From: Chloroflexota bacterium
GTDB taxonomy: Bacteria; Chloroflexota; JAJPGV01
Direction: 5' to 3'
Length of the DNA: 64,000 nt
NCBI GenBank assembly: GCA_021325635.1
Contig: JAJPGV010000018.1
Span: 94,412 to 158,411 of the forward strand
Shown: positions 27,761-37,695 of the stretch, in pieces
Layout of the letters: each line of letters opens with the position of its first letter
Numbering within the stretch: the stretch's first letter is position 1
Translations under genes and position numbers: made by a program
The notes under the pieces: model-generated
What the model was told of the DNA's origin: nothing
Database searches by the model: none
Seen by the model: the letters and a program-made list of their open reading frames with translations, nothing else

Positions 27761-29878
27761 GTGCAGGCGCTCCTGGAACAGCCGGCCGGGGTTGGTGTGG
27801 CGACCCACTGCCCGTACTGCGCCCTGCAGTGCGGCATGGTCCTCCGCCCCGAAGGCGGTCGCCTGGCGGTGACGGGCCGAGCCGATTTCCCGGTGAATCG
27901 CGGCGGGCTGTGCCTCAAGGGCTGGACCTCGACGGAAACAGTGAACCACCCCGACCGCCTTCGGGCGCCGCTTGCGCGAGACGCCGCGGGGCGGCTGGTG
28001 GAGGTGAGTTGGGACGTCGCGCTGCAGCGCATAGCCGGCGCCTTGGCGGGCATACAACAACGTCACGGGCATGCCGCGGTGGGTGTGCTGGGCGGTGGGT
28101 CGCTGACCAATGAGACCGCCTACCTGCTCGGCAAATTCGCCCGGGTGGCGCTGCGGACGCCCAACATCGACTACAACGGCCGGTTCTGCATGTCCTGCGC
28201 AGCCGCCGGGCAGATCCAGGCGTTCGGCCTCGATCGGGGCCTGCCGTTCCCGATCGAAGACCTGGCATCGGCCGACGTCATCCTGCTGGCCGGCAGCAAC
28301 CTGGCGGAAACGATGCCCCCGGTCATGCGCCACCTCGAGGCGCAGCGGGCAGGCGGCGGAAAGCTCGTTGTGGCGGACCCGCGCGCCTCGCGCACCAGCC
28401 AGGCCGCGTCGATCCACCTGCAGCTGCTGCCGGGCAGTGACGTTGCGCTGGCCAATGGACTGCTGCACGCCTGCATCCAGCAAGGCCTGGTGGATCGCGA
28501 ATATGTTCGGGAGCGAACCACCGGCTTCGAGGCAGCGCGCGCGGCCGTGGCCGCCTACTGGCCGGCTCGGGTGGAGCGGTTGAGCGGCATTCCGGCGTCC
28601 CAGCTGGCCGAGGTGGCGGCGCTCCTGGGCAGCGCGCGGCGGGCCATCATCCTGACGGGTCGCGGCACCGAGCAGCACAGCCACGGGGTGGATTGCGTGC
28701 TGGCCTGGATCAACCTGGCACTGGCGCTGGGATTGCCCGGCCGGCTGGGCAGCGGCTTTGGCCCGTTGACCGGCCAGGGCAACGGCCAGGGTGGGCGCGA
28801 GCACGGGCAAAAGGCCGACCAGCTACCCGGCTACCGCAAGATCGACGACCCTGACGCTCGGCGCCACGTAGCGGCGGTATGGGGCGTCGAGGAGTCTGAC
28901 CTTCCTGGCCCCGGCCTCTCGGCCTACGAGCTGCTGGACAGCCTCGGGCAGGAGAAGGGCGTGCGGGGGCTGCTGGTGATGGCCACCAATCCGGCAGTTT
29001 CGGCGCCACGAGCCTTGCACGTCATCGACCGGCTGCGACAGCTCGACGTGCTGATCGTCGCCGACTTCTTCCTGTCCGAGACGGCCAAGCTGGCGGACGT
29101 CGTCCTGCCCGCGGCACAGTGGGCCGAGGACGGCGGCACGACCACCAATCTCGAAGGCCGAGTCATCCTGCGGCGAGCGGTCGCTCCGCTTGCCGGAGAT
29201 GCGCGCCCCGACTGGCGCATCCTGTGCGACCTTGCTCGGCTGCTGGGTGCAAGCGCGAACTTCCGGTTCGAGGGCCAGGGGGCGATCTTCGCCGAGCTGC
29301 GGCGAGCCAGCGCCGGCGGACCGGCCGACTACAGCGGCATCACCTACGAGCGCCTGGCTCGCGAAGACGGGGTGTTCTGGCCCTGCCCATCCGGCGATCA
29401 TCCGGGCAGTCCCCGGCTGTTCGCCGAGCGCTTCCCCATGCCGGACGGGCGTGCTCGTTTCCACGCGGTGAAGTACCGGCCGCCAGCCGAGGAAGCGGAC
29501 GCTCGATATCCCGTGATCGTCACCACCGGCCGAGTGCTGAGCCAGTACCAATCGGGCACGCAAACGCGGCGGGTGGCCGAGCTGGTTCGCCAAGCGCCTG
29601 AGCCGCTGGTCGAGATGCATCCATCCCTGGCCGCTCGCTTCGGGCTGCACGATGGCCAGATGGTGCGACTCCGATCTCGTCGCGGCAGCATCGCCCTGAA
29701 AGCACGGGTAACGAACAGTATTCGGCCCGACACGGTGTTCGTGCCGTTCCATTGGGGCGGCCAGCAGGCCGCCAACAACCTGACCAACCCGGCGCTCGAT
29801 CCGGTGAGCCGTATGCCCGAGTTCAAGGTGTGCGCGGCAGCTATCGAGCCCATCAGCACAGGAGGAGAGCTTGACTAA
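27761..29878 (+). CDS. Assimilatory nitrate reductase catalytic subunit (Mo-bisPGD)
   Basis: THCPYCALQCG, LCLKG, DYNGRFCM, TGQGNGQGGREHG, DPVSRMPEFK. Confidence 0.93.
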   Translation: MQALLEQPAGVGVATHCPYCALQCGMVLRPEGGRLAVTGRADFPVNRGGLCLKGWTSTETVNHPDRLRAPLARDAAGRLVEVSWDVALQRIAGALAGIQQRHGHAAVGVLGGGSLTNETAYLLGKFARVALRTPNIDYNGRFCMSCAAAGQIQAFGLDRGLPFPIEDLASADVILLAGSNLAETMPPVMRHLEAQRAGGGKLVVADPRASRTSQAASIHLQLLPGSDVALANGLLHACIQQGLVDREYVRERTTGFEAARAAVAAYWPARVERLSGIPASQLAEVAALLGSARRAIILTGRGTEQHSHGVDCVLAWINLALALGLPGRLGSGFGPLTGQGNGQGGREHGQKADQLPGYRKIDDPDARRHVAAVWGVEESDLPGPGLSAYELLDSLGQEKGVRGLLVMATNPAVSAPRALHVIDRLRQLDVLIVADFFLSETAKLADVVLPAAQWAEDGGTTTNLEGRVILRRAVAPLAGDARPDWRILCDLARLLGASANFRFEGQGAIFAELRRASAGGPADYSGITYERLAREDGVFWPCPSGDHPGSPRLFAERFPMPDGRARFHAVKYRPPAEEADARYPVIVTTGRVLSQYQSGTQTRRVAELVRQAPEPLVEMHPSLAARFGLHDGQMVRLRSRRGSIALKARVTNSIRPDTVFVPFHWGGQQAANNLTNPALDPVSRMPEFKVCAAAIEPISTGGELD

Positions 29879-32339
29879 GCAGCGACTTGTCGTCGTCGGC
29901 AACGGCATGGCCGGCGCCCGGACCGTAGAGGAGATCGTCGAACGCGGCGGCATGGAGCGCTACGACGTGACCATCTTCGGGGAGGAGCCGTACGGCAACT
30001 ACAACCGCATCCTCCTGTCGGAGGTGCTGAGCGGCAGCCACGATCCACAGGCGATTTTCATCAACGCCCTGGATTGGTACGCCGAGCGCGGCATCACCTT
30101 GCACGCCGGCGTCCCCGCCGACAACATCGATCGCGCCGATCGGGTGGTGCGCGGAGGGCTGGTGCATGAACCCTATGACGTCTTGATCCTGGCCACCGGC
30201 AGCCGCCCGCTGGTGCCGCGTCTGGACGGCCTGCACCGGGCCGACGGCAAGTGGAAGCAGGGCGTATTTGTGTTTCGCAGCCTGGATGATTGCAGCCGGA
30301 TCGCCGGCTACGCCAAGGGCCGCGCCCGAGCGGCGGTCATCGGCGGCGGACTCCTGGGACTCGAAGCTGCCCGTGGGCTGCTGACGCACCTGCCGGAGGT
30401 GCACGTGATCCAGCGCGAGAGCACGATCATGAACCTCCAGCTCGACTCGCGGGCTGGCCGGATGCTGCAGACAACGCTGCAGGACATGGGCATTCAGGTC
30501 CACACCGGCACCGCCACCACGGCCATGCTTGGCCGCGAGAAGGTGAGCGGGCTGCAATTCGAAAGCGGCGAAATCCTCGACTGCGACATGGTGGTCATGG
30601 CCTGCGGCATCTTGCCGAACGTGCAGCTGGCGCGCGACGCCGGATTGGCCGTCGAACGCGGCATCGTGGTGGATGACCAGATGCGCTGCGTCGACGATCC
30701 GAACGTCTACGCCGTCGGCGAGTGCGCCCAGCATCGCGGGCAGGTCTACGGCCTCGTGGCGCCGTTATGGGAGCAGGCCCGGGTGCTGGCCGAGCACCTC
30801 AGCGAAGCCAACCCGGCCGCCACGTATGAGGGCTCCCGCCTGTATACGCGGCTCAAGGTCATGGGCGTCGATCTGGCGACGATGGGCGCTAAGGACTCGG
30901 ATGACCCGGAGGACGAGGTCATCCTGTACAGCGAGCCCTCGCGCGGCGTGTACCAAAAGCTCATTGTTCGCGACAACCAGCTCGCCGGCGCCATCCTGCT
31001 GGGCGACACGGCCGCGGCGTCGTCGCTGGTGCAGCTGTTCGACCGCGGCACGCCGCTGCCCCAGCGGCGCGCCGATCTGCTGTTCCCGAGCGGGGCGACG
31101 CCTGCGGTCACCGCGCCCGAGCAGCTGCCCGACGACGTCCAGGTATGCAACTGCAATGGCGTTTCCAAGGGGACCATCGTGGCCAGCGTGAAGTCCGGCA
31201 AGAGGAGCCTGAGCGCGGTGTGCGCCGCCACGCGCGCCGGCACCGGCTGCGGCTCCTGCAAGGACCTTGTGCGGCGGATTACGGAGTGGGCCTCTGATGG
31301 GCAGCTGGAGGAGGACGTCACGGCCCATTACTACGTGCCGGGCGTGCCGCTGGCGAAACCCGAGCTGATTGCCGCTATCAAGGAGCTGGGCCTCAGGAGC
31401 GTCTCGGCGGTGTTCGGCGCCCTGACCGGCGGGCTCGAGGACGCCGGCAGCAAGACGGGCCTGGCCTCCCTGCTCAAGACGATTTGGGGCGCCGAGTACG
31501 AGGACGAGCGGGACGCTCGATTCATCAACGATCGGGTGCATGCCAACGTCCAGAAGGACTCGACCTTCAGCGTCGTGCCGCGCATCTATGGAGGCGTGAC
31601 CAGCTCGGCGCAGCTGCGCCGCATCGCGGACGTAGCCGACAAGTACAACGTCCGTATGGTCAAGATCACCGGCGGCCAGCGCATCGACCTGCTGGGCATC
31701 GCCAAAGAGGACCTGCCCGGGGCGTGGCAGGACCTGGACATGCCATCAGGCCATGCCTACACCAAGGCTTTCCGCACCTGCAAGACGTGTGTCGGTACCG
31801 ACTTCTGCCGCTATGGCCTGGGCGACAGCACGGCGCTGGGGATTGCCATCGAGAAACGCTTTCAGGGTATTGAGGCGCCGCACAAGATGAAGCTGGCAGC
31901 CACCGGCTGCCCGCGTAACTGCGCCGAGGCGACGACCAAGGACCTCGGCGCGATTGCCATCGAGGGGGGCAGGTGGGAGCTCTACATTGGCGGCGCCGCC
32001 GGATCAACGGTGCGCAAGGGCGACCTCCTGTGCACGGTCGATTCCCACGACGACGTACTGCGCTTCATGGGCCGCTTCATGCAGTACTACCGTGAGCAGG
32101 CGAAGTATCTCGAGCGCACGTATTCCTTTGTGGAGCGCATCGGGATTGAGCGGCTGCGACAGGCTCTGGTTGAAGACCGCGAATCGATCTGCCAGCGCCT
32201 CGATGCCGAGATCGAGGCGGCCGTCCGAGCCTACGAGGACCCCTGGCGTGAAGGTCGCGCTCCGCTGCACCGGCATCAGTTCGTATCCACGCTGCCCGCC
32301 GGCGACGCCGGCGAAAGGCTGGCGGCGGTGTCCGCCTGA
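29871..32339 (+). CDS. nirB: NAD(P)H nitrite reductase large subunit
   Basis: VVGNGMAG, YNRILLS, GGGLLGLEAA, CNCNGV..GTGCGSC, KTCVGTDFCRYG, GCPRNCAE. Confidence 0.96.
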   Translation: MTKQRLVVVGNGMAGARTVEEIVERGGMERYDVTIFGEEPYGNYNRILLSEVLSGSHDPQAIFINALDWYAERGITLHAGVPADNIDRADRVVRGGLVHEPYDVLILATGSRPLVPRLDGLHRADGKWKQGVFVFRSLDDCSRIAGYAKGRARAAVIGGGLLGLEAARGLLTHLPEVHVIQRESTIMNLQLDSRAGRMLQTTLQDMGIQVHTGTATTAMLGREKVSGLQFESGEILDCDMVVMACGILPNVQLARDAGLAVERGIVVDDQMRCVDDPNVYAVGECAQHRGQVYGLVAPLWEQARVLAEHLSEANPAATYEGSRLYTRLKVMGVDLATMGAKDSDDPEDEVILYSEPSRGVYQKLIVRDNQLAGAILLGDTAAASSLVQLFDRGTPLPQRRADLLFPSGATPAVTAPEQLPDDVQVCNCNGVSKGTIVASVKSGKRSLSAVCAATRAGTGCGSCKDLVRRITEWASDGQLEEDVTAHYYVPGVPLAKPELIAAIKELGLRSVSAVFGALTGGLEDAGSKTGLASLLKTIWGAEYEDERDARFINDRVHANVQKDSTFSVVPRIYGGVTSSAQLRRIADVADKYNVRMVKITGGQRIDLLGIAKEDLPGAWQDLDMPSGHAYTKAFRTCKTCVGTDFCRYGLGDSTALGIAIEKRFQGIEAPHKMKLAATGCPRNCAEATTKDLGAIAIEGGRWELYIGGAAGSTVRKGDLLCTVDSHDDVLRFMGRFMQYYREQAKYLERTYSFVERIGIERLRQALVEDRESICQRLDAEIEAAVRAYEDPWREGRAPLHRHQFVSTLPAGDAGERLAAVSA

Positions 32340-32340
32340 C

Positions 32341-32703
32341 ATGATGAGAGTGCTGCCCAACCAGCGGCAACCCGCCGCCGTTCGCTCCGAGGGCGCGTTC
32401 AACCTCGGCCCGCCGGGTCAAATCCCCATTGGTGAAGCACGGGAATTCGACCTTCCTGGCCAGCGCGTCGCGGTGTATCACGCTAGGGATGGCCGGCTGT
32501 ATGCTACCCAAGCCAGCTGCCCGCACCTGGGGGGCAAGCTGGCCGACGGCGTGGTGGGCGGAGCCGTGGTGATCTGTCCGTTGCACGGCTACCGATACGA
32601 CCTGCGCGATGGTCGTGTGCTGAATGGCGCATGCGACAGGCTGCGGACGTTTCCGGTGTGGCTGTCGACGGGCGGCGACGTGATGGTGCAGCTGGAGGTA
32701 TGA
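32341..32703 (+). CDS. nirD: Nitrite reductase small Rieske subunit
   Basis: CPHLGGKLADG...ICPLHG; follows nirB. Confidence 0.88.
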   Translation: MMRVLPNQRQPAAVRSEGAFNLGPPGQIPIGEAREFDLPGQRVAVYHARDGRLYATQASCPHLGGKLADGVVGGAVVICPLHGYRYDLRDGRVLNGACDRLRTFPVWLSTGGDVMVQLEV

Positions 32704-33497
32704 GCCCTTGGCCCGCGGGCCGCTTCCTGCTGTTGACTGCGCCGTCCCCAGCCAGCGAGGTGGGTTTGCGACTGGCCGACGGATTGCGGCAGATTGGCGC
32801 TCAAATCGACGTCGCGCCGTTCGACCGCGAGGATGCTGTCCGGTTCGCGCTCGATCGGCAGTCGCCGGACGCCGTGCTGCTGGAGCTGACGGCTGCTTCA
32901 GGAGTGCTGCCGGCTCAGCACGTCCGGCACATCGAATGGACGGAGTGCGGGACACGGGCTCATCCGATCCTGGCGCTGATCCACGAGCGACACCTGGCCA
33001 TGCCCGAACTGGCCACGCTGGTCGACGATTTCCTCCTTCCGCCGTACCGGCCTTCGGAGGTGGCTCTGCGCCTGACCCTCATCAGACAGCGCCGAGGCGC
33101 CGCGGCGGGACGAGTCGTGCACGTCGGCGGGCTGGAAATCGATCTCGCTCAGCGCCGGGTCAGCGTTCCGGGCTGCGACGAGCCCGTGCTCCTCACCCCG
33201 CGTGAGTACGAGCTGCTGGCCTTCCTGGCGGCGCACAGAGGCATGACCTTCACTCGCAAGATGCTCCTGGCACAGGTCTGGGGTCAGGACTACGAAGGCG
33301 GACCGCGAACCGTGGACATTCACGTTCGACGCCTGCGAGCCAAGATCCCTTCCGGCATGGGCGACTGCATCGAGACGGTTCGCTACGTCGGCTACCGGCT
33401 GGTGGAGACTCCTGGCCCGATCGTGCTTGCAGACGGCACTTCGGCACCTGCCGAGTCTCGCGTTGGCGAGGCCGGGCCTCGTTTAATCCAGCCTTAG
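32700..33497 (+). CDS. OmpR-family regulator with atypical receiver (GlnR-like)
   Basis: LTPREYELL, VWGQDYEGGPRTVDIHVRRLRAK; receiver lacks the acidic pair and has Glu at the phospho-Asp position; ATGA-coupled to nirD. Confidence 0.8.
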   Translation: MSPWPAGRFLLLTAPSPASEVGLRLADGLRQIGAQIDVAPFDREDAVRFALDRQSPDAVLLELTAASGVLPAQHVRHIEWTECGTRAHPILALIHERHLAMPELATLVDDFLLPPYRPSEVALRLTLIRQRRGAAAGRVVHVGGLEIDLAQRRVSVPGCDEPVLLTPREYELLAFLAAHRGMTFTRKMLLAQVWGQDYEGGPRTVDIHVRRLRAKIPSGMGDCIETVRYVGYRLVETPGPIVLADGTSAPAESRVGEAGPRLIQP

Positions 33498-33873
33498 CGA
33501 GGCTGACTGTGGCCGTGGAGCTGCGCGGCCACCTGAGCGTGGTCCTGACCGCGGGTGGCGGGCTGACGGTGTGCAGCACGACCATGCGGGTGGAGGCCTT
33601 GACGCCACGCCGCTGGCCTGCCGGCACGAAGCCAATGCTGCCCGGACGCAGCGGCTCCTCCTGATTTTCGCTGACAAGCGCACCTTCGCCTTCGATGACC
33701 ACCAGCGCCATGTCAACGCTCGGCTCGTGAGCCGGAATGGACTGACCAGCTTCCAAACAGACCAGCACCACCTTCATCCGCTCACTCTGAGCCAGGCCAA
33801 TGGGGTTGAAGTGCTCGGTTTGGAAAGCGGCGAGGTCGGCGTAGTGACCGATGAAAGGCCTAGCGTCGTTCAT
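33494..33873 (-). pseudogene. Cupin-domain protein with apparent 1-nt frameshift near 33551
   Basis: LEAGQSIPAH...VIEGEG...VPAGQRRGV cupin; shifted frame gives GQDHAQVAAQLHGHSQPR* ending at 33494, abutting the convergent stop. Confidence 0.6.
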
Positions 33874-34011
33874 GAGTGAATCCCTCGCGTGAGTTGATGT
33901 GCCGCTGGGCGAGCAGCCTCTGCCGGCTGAGGGGCCTGCCCAATTACCTCCCGATTGGCAGCTCAGGCGTATCGCCCACAAGCCACGTTAGCGCTGGAAG
34001 ACGTCGAGCTT

Positions 34012-34055
34012 CAGGGACTTGGGTTCCTTTCCGGTAAAAGGAACCCAAGTCCCTG
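34012..34055. repeat. Perfect 19-bp inverted repeat in the cupin/hemerythrin divergent promoter region
   Basis: CAGGGACTTGGGTTCCTTT-ccggta-AAAGGAACCCAAGTCCCTG. Confidence 0.85.
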
Positions 34056-34154
34056 TGCGTCGTGTCCCGTTGCGGCAGATTAGTGGAAAGAAAAGCGTGG
34101 TGACGACAGCGCCGGCAAAAGCGGCCTGGCCGGCACCGACTCAAGGAGCGATCT

Positions 34155-34781
34155 ATGGAAACCACCAAGACCTTGCAGGCAGAGCACAACGCGGTGCTCC
34201 ACGTCCTCGATCAGCTCGAACATGCGGCCGAAGCCGCGGCGGGCGGCCAGCCGGTGCCGGCCAACGTGTTCGCCGACATCGAAGAGTTTTTCCGCGTGTT
34301 CGTCGATCGCTGCCATCACGGCAAAGAAGAGCTCGTGCTGTTCCCAAAACTCATGCAAACTGGCTTGCCAGCCGCGCTCGAGATGCAGCACGAGGAGGGC
34401 CGCCAGCTTGCCAAGGCCTACGCGTTGGCGGCCGAAAGGTACGTCGCCGGCAGCCGAGCCAGCGCGGTTGCGCTGCAGCGAGCGGCCGCGGACTATGAAG
34501 CGCTGTTGCGCAGCCATATTGATATGGAGAACGCGGGGCTCCTACCAGCCATCGAACGGGACCTGAGTGCGCAGGACCAGGAACTGGCCGACGCGTTCGA
34601 ACAGATCGAAACGGAACGCATCGGCGCCGGCACGCACGAGCGGCTGCACCACATGATCGAAACGCTGGCCGGTCGCATCAGCCCGTTCCTATCCGCTTCT
34701 GGCCCGGTTCGCGTGGACGTCTCCGAACCTGGGCCCCAGGCATCGCTGCTTCCGCACGGCTCGAAAAAGGAACAGTCCTGA
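34155..34781 (+). CDS. Hemerythrin HHE-domain protein
   Basis: LQAEH, DRCHHGKEELVLFP, HEEGR, HIDMEN; RBS AAGGAG. Confidence 0.9.
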   Translation: METTKTLQAEHNAVLHVLDQLEHAAEAAAGGQPVPANVFADIEEFFRVFVDRCHHGKEELVLFPKLMQTGLPAALEMQHEEGRQLAKAYALAAERYVAGSRASAVALQRAAADYEALLRSHIDMENAGLLPAIERDLSAQDQELADAFEQIETERIGAGTHERLHHMIETLAGRISPFLSASGPVRVDVSEPGPQASLLPHGSKKEQS

Positions 34782-34952
34782 CACTGTAACCGTCCGCCTG
34801 GACGGTGGTGCCCGTTCACTTCGGTCGGGCCCGGAATAAGGAGCCAGCCTGCATGCCGGGGCACGCCGTTGCGGCGCGGGCCCGTGGCGGCCCGCCGTGG
34901 CTGTTCGCCATTGGAGCATCGGCTGGGGATGAGTCCCATGCAACGGGATGGC

Positions 34953-35570
34953 TCAGCGACGCTCGACCGGTTGGCGGATGATCGTTTTCAGTCGTTCTGG
35001 CGTAGCGCGCCGCGGGTCGCCCAGGTAGATTTCGTGATGCTTGCCACGCGGCGCGTAACCGCGCTCCTCGATGAACGCGAGCAGACAGCGAATGGTGGGC
35101 GGCTCCGCCGCGTAGGGGCCGATGTGGAGGACCTGCGCCGAGAGACCCTCAGCCCAGCGCTGCAGTCGCAGCTCCCGTGCGGTCGGAAGGCTCTTCTTGC
35201 CGGCCACGTCGGCCGCCCATGCCTCGACCATCTCGGCGGTGACTTCGAATGGCTGCTTGATCATCGCCGTCCACTCCCAGGCTGCCTTGTCGTCCATGTC
35301 CAAGCCAGCCATACCCCCCATCCACCACAGTCCCTCGAGGGGTGGAACCTTGTAGTCCGGCCCACCGCTTCGTTTCAGCGCGAATTTCAGTGCGTAAGAG
35401 ACCCCGTACAGCGCCTGGATGGCTTCCTGAAACCGGGGGGATACGTTGGGATCGCCATGTCCGTCGATCATCAGGAAATTGAGCTCGGGAACGTCGATCA
35501 GCTCTGGGCTTGGTCCGGCCCGGTACAGCCGGTCGACCTCGATCCCCCTTTCGGTCGTGATTGCTGTCAT
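34953..35570 (-). CDS. GyrI-like small-molecule-binding domain protein
   Basis: FLMIDGHGDPN, ALYGVSYALKF, VPPLEGLWW, HIGPY..E, HHEIYLGDPRR. Confidence 0.9.
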   Translation of the reverse strand: MTAITTERGIEVDRLYRAGPSPELIDVPELNFLMIDGHGDPNVSPRFQEAIQALYGVSYALKFALKRSGGPDYKVPPLEGLWWMGGMAGLDMDDKAAWEWTAMIKQPFEVTAEMVEAWAADVAGKKSLPTARELRLQRWAEGLSAQVLHIGPYAAEPPTIRCLLAFIEERGYAPRGKHHEIYLGDPRRATPERLKTIIRQPVERR

Positions 35571-35917
35571 GCTGGCACCCCCCGCCCTTCAGGCTCCGCG
35601 GCATTGGCCCCGTGTTTCACCGTTCCGATGCACGTAGCCGAGCAGCCTTGGGCAAGGCGCGCCAGGTTGACGCACCTGTTCACGCCCACGGCCTTCGGCG
35701 TGGGCGTGAACAGGTGCGAGTCCTCGGGGGCCCAGTAGGCGCTCCGCAGACGCTGCGGGGTCGGCGGACGAAACTCGTAGGGGATCCGGCCCCACAACTG
35801 CCCGTGCCAGGTTCGCCGTCCAGCAGGCTTTCGCAGCTCTTGCGCGACCGCAAGTCCAACCAGCGCCGCGCCAACCACCGACACCAGCCCACGAAGCTTC
35901 TTGGCTTTCGTTCTCAT
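35567..35917 (-). CDS. Small membrane-anchored protein (DUF5808-like), conserved motif apparently disrupted by a micro-inversion
   Basis: QELRKP..RTWHG, PYEFRPPT..RLR..YW.P...LFTP...VNLARL. Confidence 0.65.
   Translation of the reverse strand: MRTKAKKLRGLVSVVGAALVGLAVAQELRKPAGRRTWHGQLWGRIPYEFRPPTPQRLRSAYWAPEDSHLFTPTPKAVGVNRCVNLARLAQGCSATCIGTVKHGANAAEPEGRGVPA
35671..35718. repeat. Perfect 20-bp inverted repeat inside a CDS
   Basis: CGCACCTGTTCACGCCCACG-gccttcgg-CGTGGGCGTGAACAGGTGCG. Confidence 0.9.
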
Positions 35918-35966
35918 GTCGCAATACCTCCGATTCGAACTTCGAGCGGCCTGCGTGCTCCGGTCG

Positions 35967-37694
35967 CTAGTCACCGTCCAGCGCCTGTGTGCGGGTGCGC
36001 TTCTCGAAGGGGTAGATGCGGCCGCGTTCAGCGCCGAGAATCACCAGCTCGCCATCGGCCCGCCCCTCCGACTCCAGGCGGGCCGCCGCTTCGGCCAGCG
36101 CTTTTACCTCCAGGCTGGCTCCTTGAGCTGGGCCGCGTACCTCGCCTAGCAGCCGCACTTCGGCGACGCCTTCTCGCTCGAGCTCTTCCAGGGCAGACCT
36201 CGCGCCTGGCTCTAGCAGCACGAACAGGTGCGGACGTCTTGTGACCGCGCGCGACCAGATGAGGTCGCGGCGCAGGATCAGCGCGTGGTAGCCAGCCAAT
36301 GCGCCACACACCAGTGTTGTCGCCAGGTACTCGAAGGCGCTGGTGACGACCGGCGTGGAGGCTGGCTCGCCCAGCGCCAGGCGCAGGGTCAGCCACAGCA
36401 ACGCCACCAAGAAGCCAAGCGCTGCCAGGGCCGCGCCTAGGACAATGGATCCCAGGTACAGCTTCCGAGCAAGCGTGGCGCGCTCGACTTCGGGCTGCGC
36501 GGTCGCCGCCTTCTCGAGCCGTGACCATCCGCCCAGCCAGACCAGAGTTCCGATGACGCCGCCGGCCAGGCTCAGGCTCAGGCGATCCCGCCACCAATCC
36601 GGGCCTGACATCAACGAGACGTTGTTGAGGGCAAAATCGAGGGCGACCCAGATCAGGCCCACGAAGGCAGGCGTCGCGGCGGCAATGCCGAGCAGCGACA
36701 GCAGCGCGATTGCGGGCCGGCGTGGCCAGGGGACCACGGCGGTGTCGTCGGCCGCGGCTTGCCGCCTGAGGACCAACCAGTGGTACGCCCACACCGCTCC
36801 GCCAACGACGAACAGCGGGAGTGAGACCTGCAGGAAGTCCCAACTTCCAACCGCCATCCTGAAGCCGAGAGCCTTTCGCAGTAGCTCATAAGCCCCATAG
36901 GCAGCGCCGCCGAGGAAAGCCGGCGCCGCCACCATGAGGACCACGTAGAGGTACACGACCCGCCATATTCGCCGTCCTGCGCGCCTGAGGTCATACAACC
37001 ACACCAGGCCCCACACTATTCCGCCCGACAGGATCCAGGCGGCAATGGCTCCCCAAACGGTGAGGGGCAGACGCTCGGGACCGGCCAGCAGCACCCGTCC
37101 CGCCTCCGGCGCAATGACCAGGGTGCGCACGAGCTCGCCTATGGACTGCCCGACGCCCGACACGAGGAATCCCAGCGAGAAGCCCGTCAGCACGTACACG
37201 GCCACGTCATGCAGCCGATCTGCGCGGGTGTCTTGCTCCGAGCTAATCGCCTTGAAGCCCAACCAAGCCCCGCCATACACGGCCAGTCTCACCATCGCCT
37301 GTATGCCTGCCGGCCACGATGGCTGGCTGAGCGCTGTGCCGGGCAGCGTGAGCGCGAAGATCAGCGCGCCGCACAGACCATACAGGGCTACGACAGCCGT
37401 TGTGCCGAACACGGCGGCCAGGAACAGCCGCCGCATAAAAGCGGCTCGTTCCTCCGCCGATGCGGCTGCCAGCCGCTGAGCCCACAGCCAATGACCGGCC
37501 GTCACCGGCAGGGAAATGATGATCGCCGCCAGGTAGAAGCTCGCCTGCTGCCGCACGTCGCCCGCCACGAGCGTCGCGTCGGGCAGCGTCAACGTGACCA
37601 GCCCCAGGGCTGCGAGCCCGGATACCCCTACCAACAGCGTGATCAGGCCGGCAAAGGCCATCACATAGAGGTAGATGCGTCGTGCTTGTGCCAT
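35967..37694 (-). CDS. Multi-pass membrane protein with repeated DUF5671-like units
   Basis: Repeated RRIYLY / RRLFL / RVVYLY / RKLYL followed by TM hairpins and ..YHW motifs. Confidence 0.75.
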   Translation of the reverse strand: MAQARRIYLYVMAFAGLITLLVGVSGLAALGLVTLTLPDATLVAGDVRQQASFYLAAIIISLPVTAGHWLWAQRLAAASAEERAAFMRRLFLAAVFGTTAVVALYGLCGALIFALTLPGTALSQPSWPAGIQAMVRLAVYGGAWLGFKAISSEQDTRADRLHDVAVYVLTGFSLGFLVSGVGQSIGELVRTLVIAPEAGRVLLAGPERLPLTVWGAIAAWILSGGIVWGLVWLYDLRRAGRRIWRVVYLYVVLMVAAPAFLGGAAYGAYELLRKALGFRMAVGSWDFLQVSLPLFVVGGAVWAYHWLVLRRQAAADDTAVVPWPRRPAIALLSLLGIAAATPAFVGLIWVALDFALNNVSLMSGPDWWRDRLSLSLAGGVIGTLVWLGGWSRLEKAATAQPEVERATLARKLYLGSIVLGAALAALGFLVALLWLTLRLALGEPASTPVVTSAFEYLATTLVCGALAGYHALILRRDLIWSRAVTRRPHLFVLLEPGARSALEELEREGVAEVRLLGEVRGPAQGASLEVKALAEAAARLESEGRADGELVILGAERGRIYPFEKRTRTQALDGD

Positions 37695-37695
37695 G

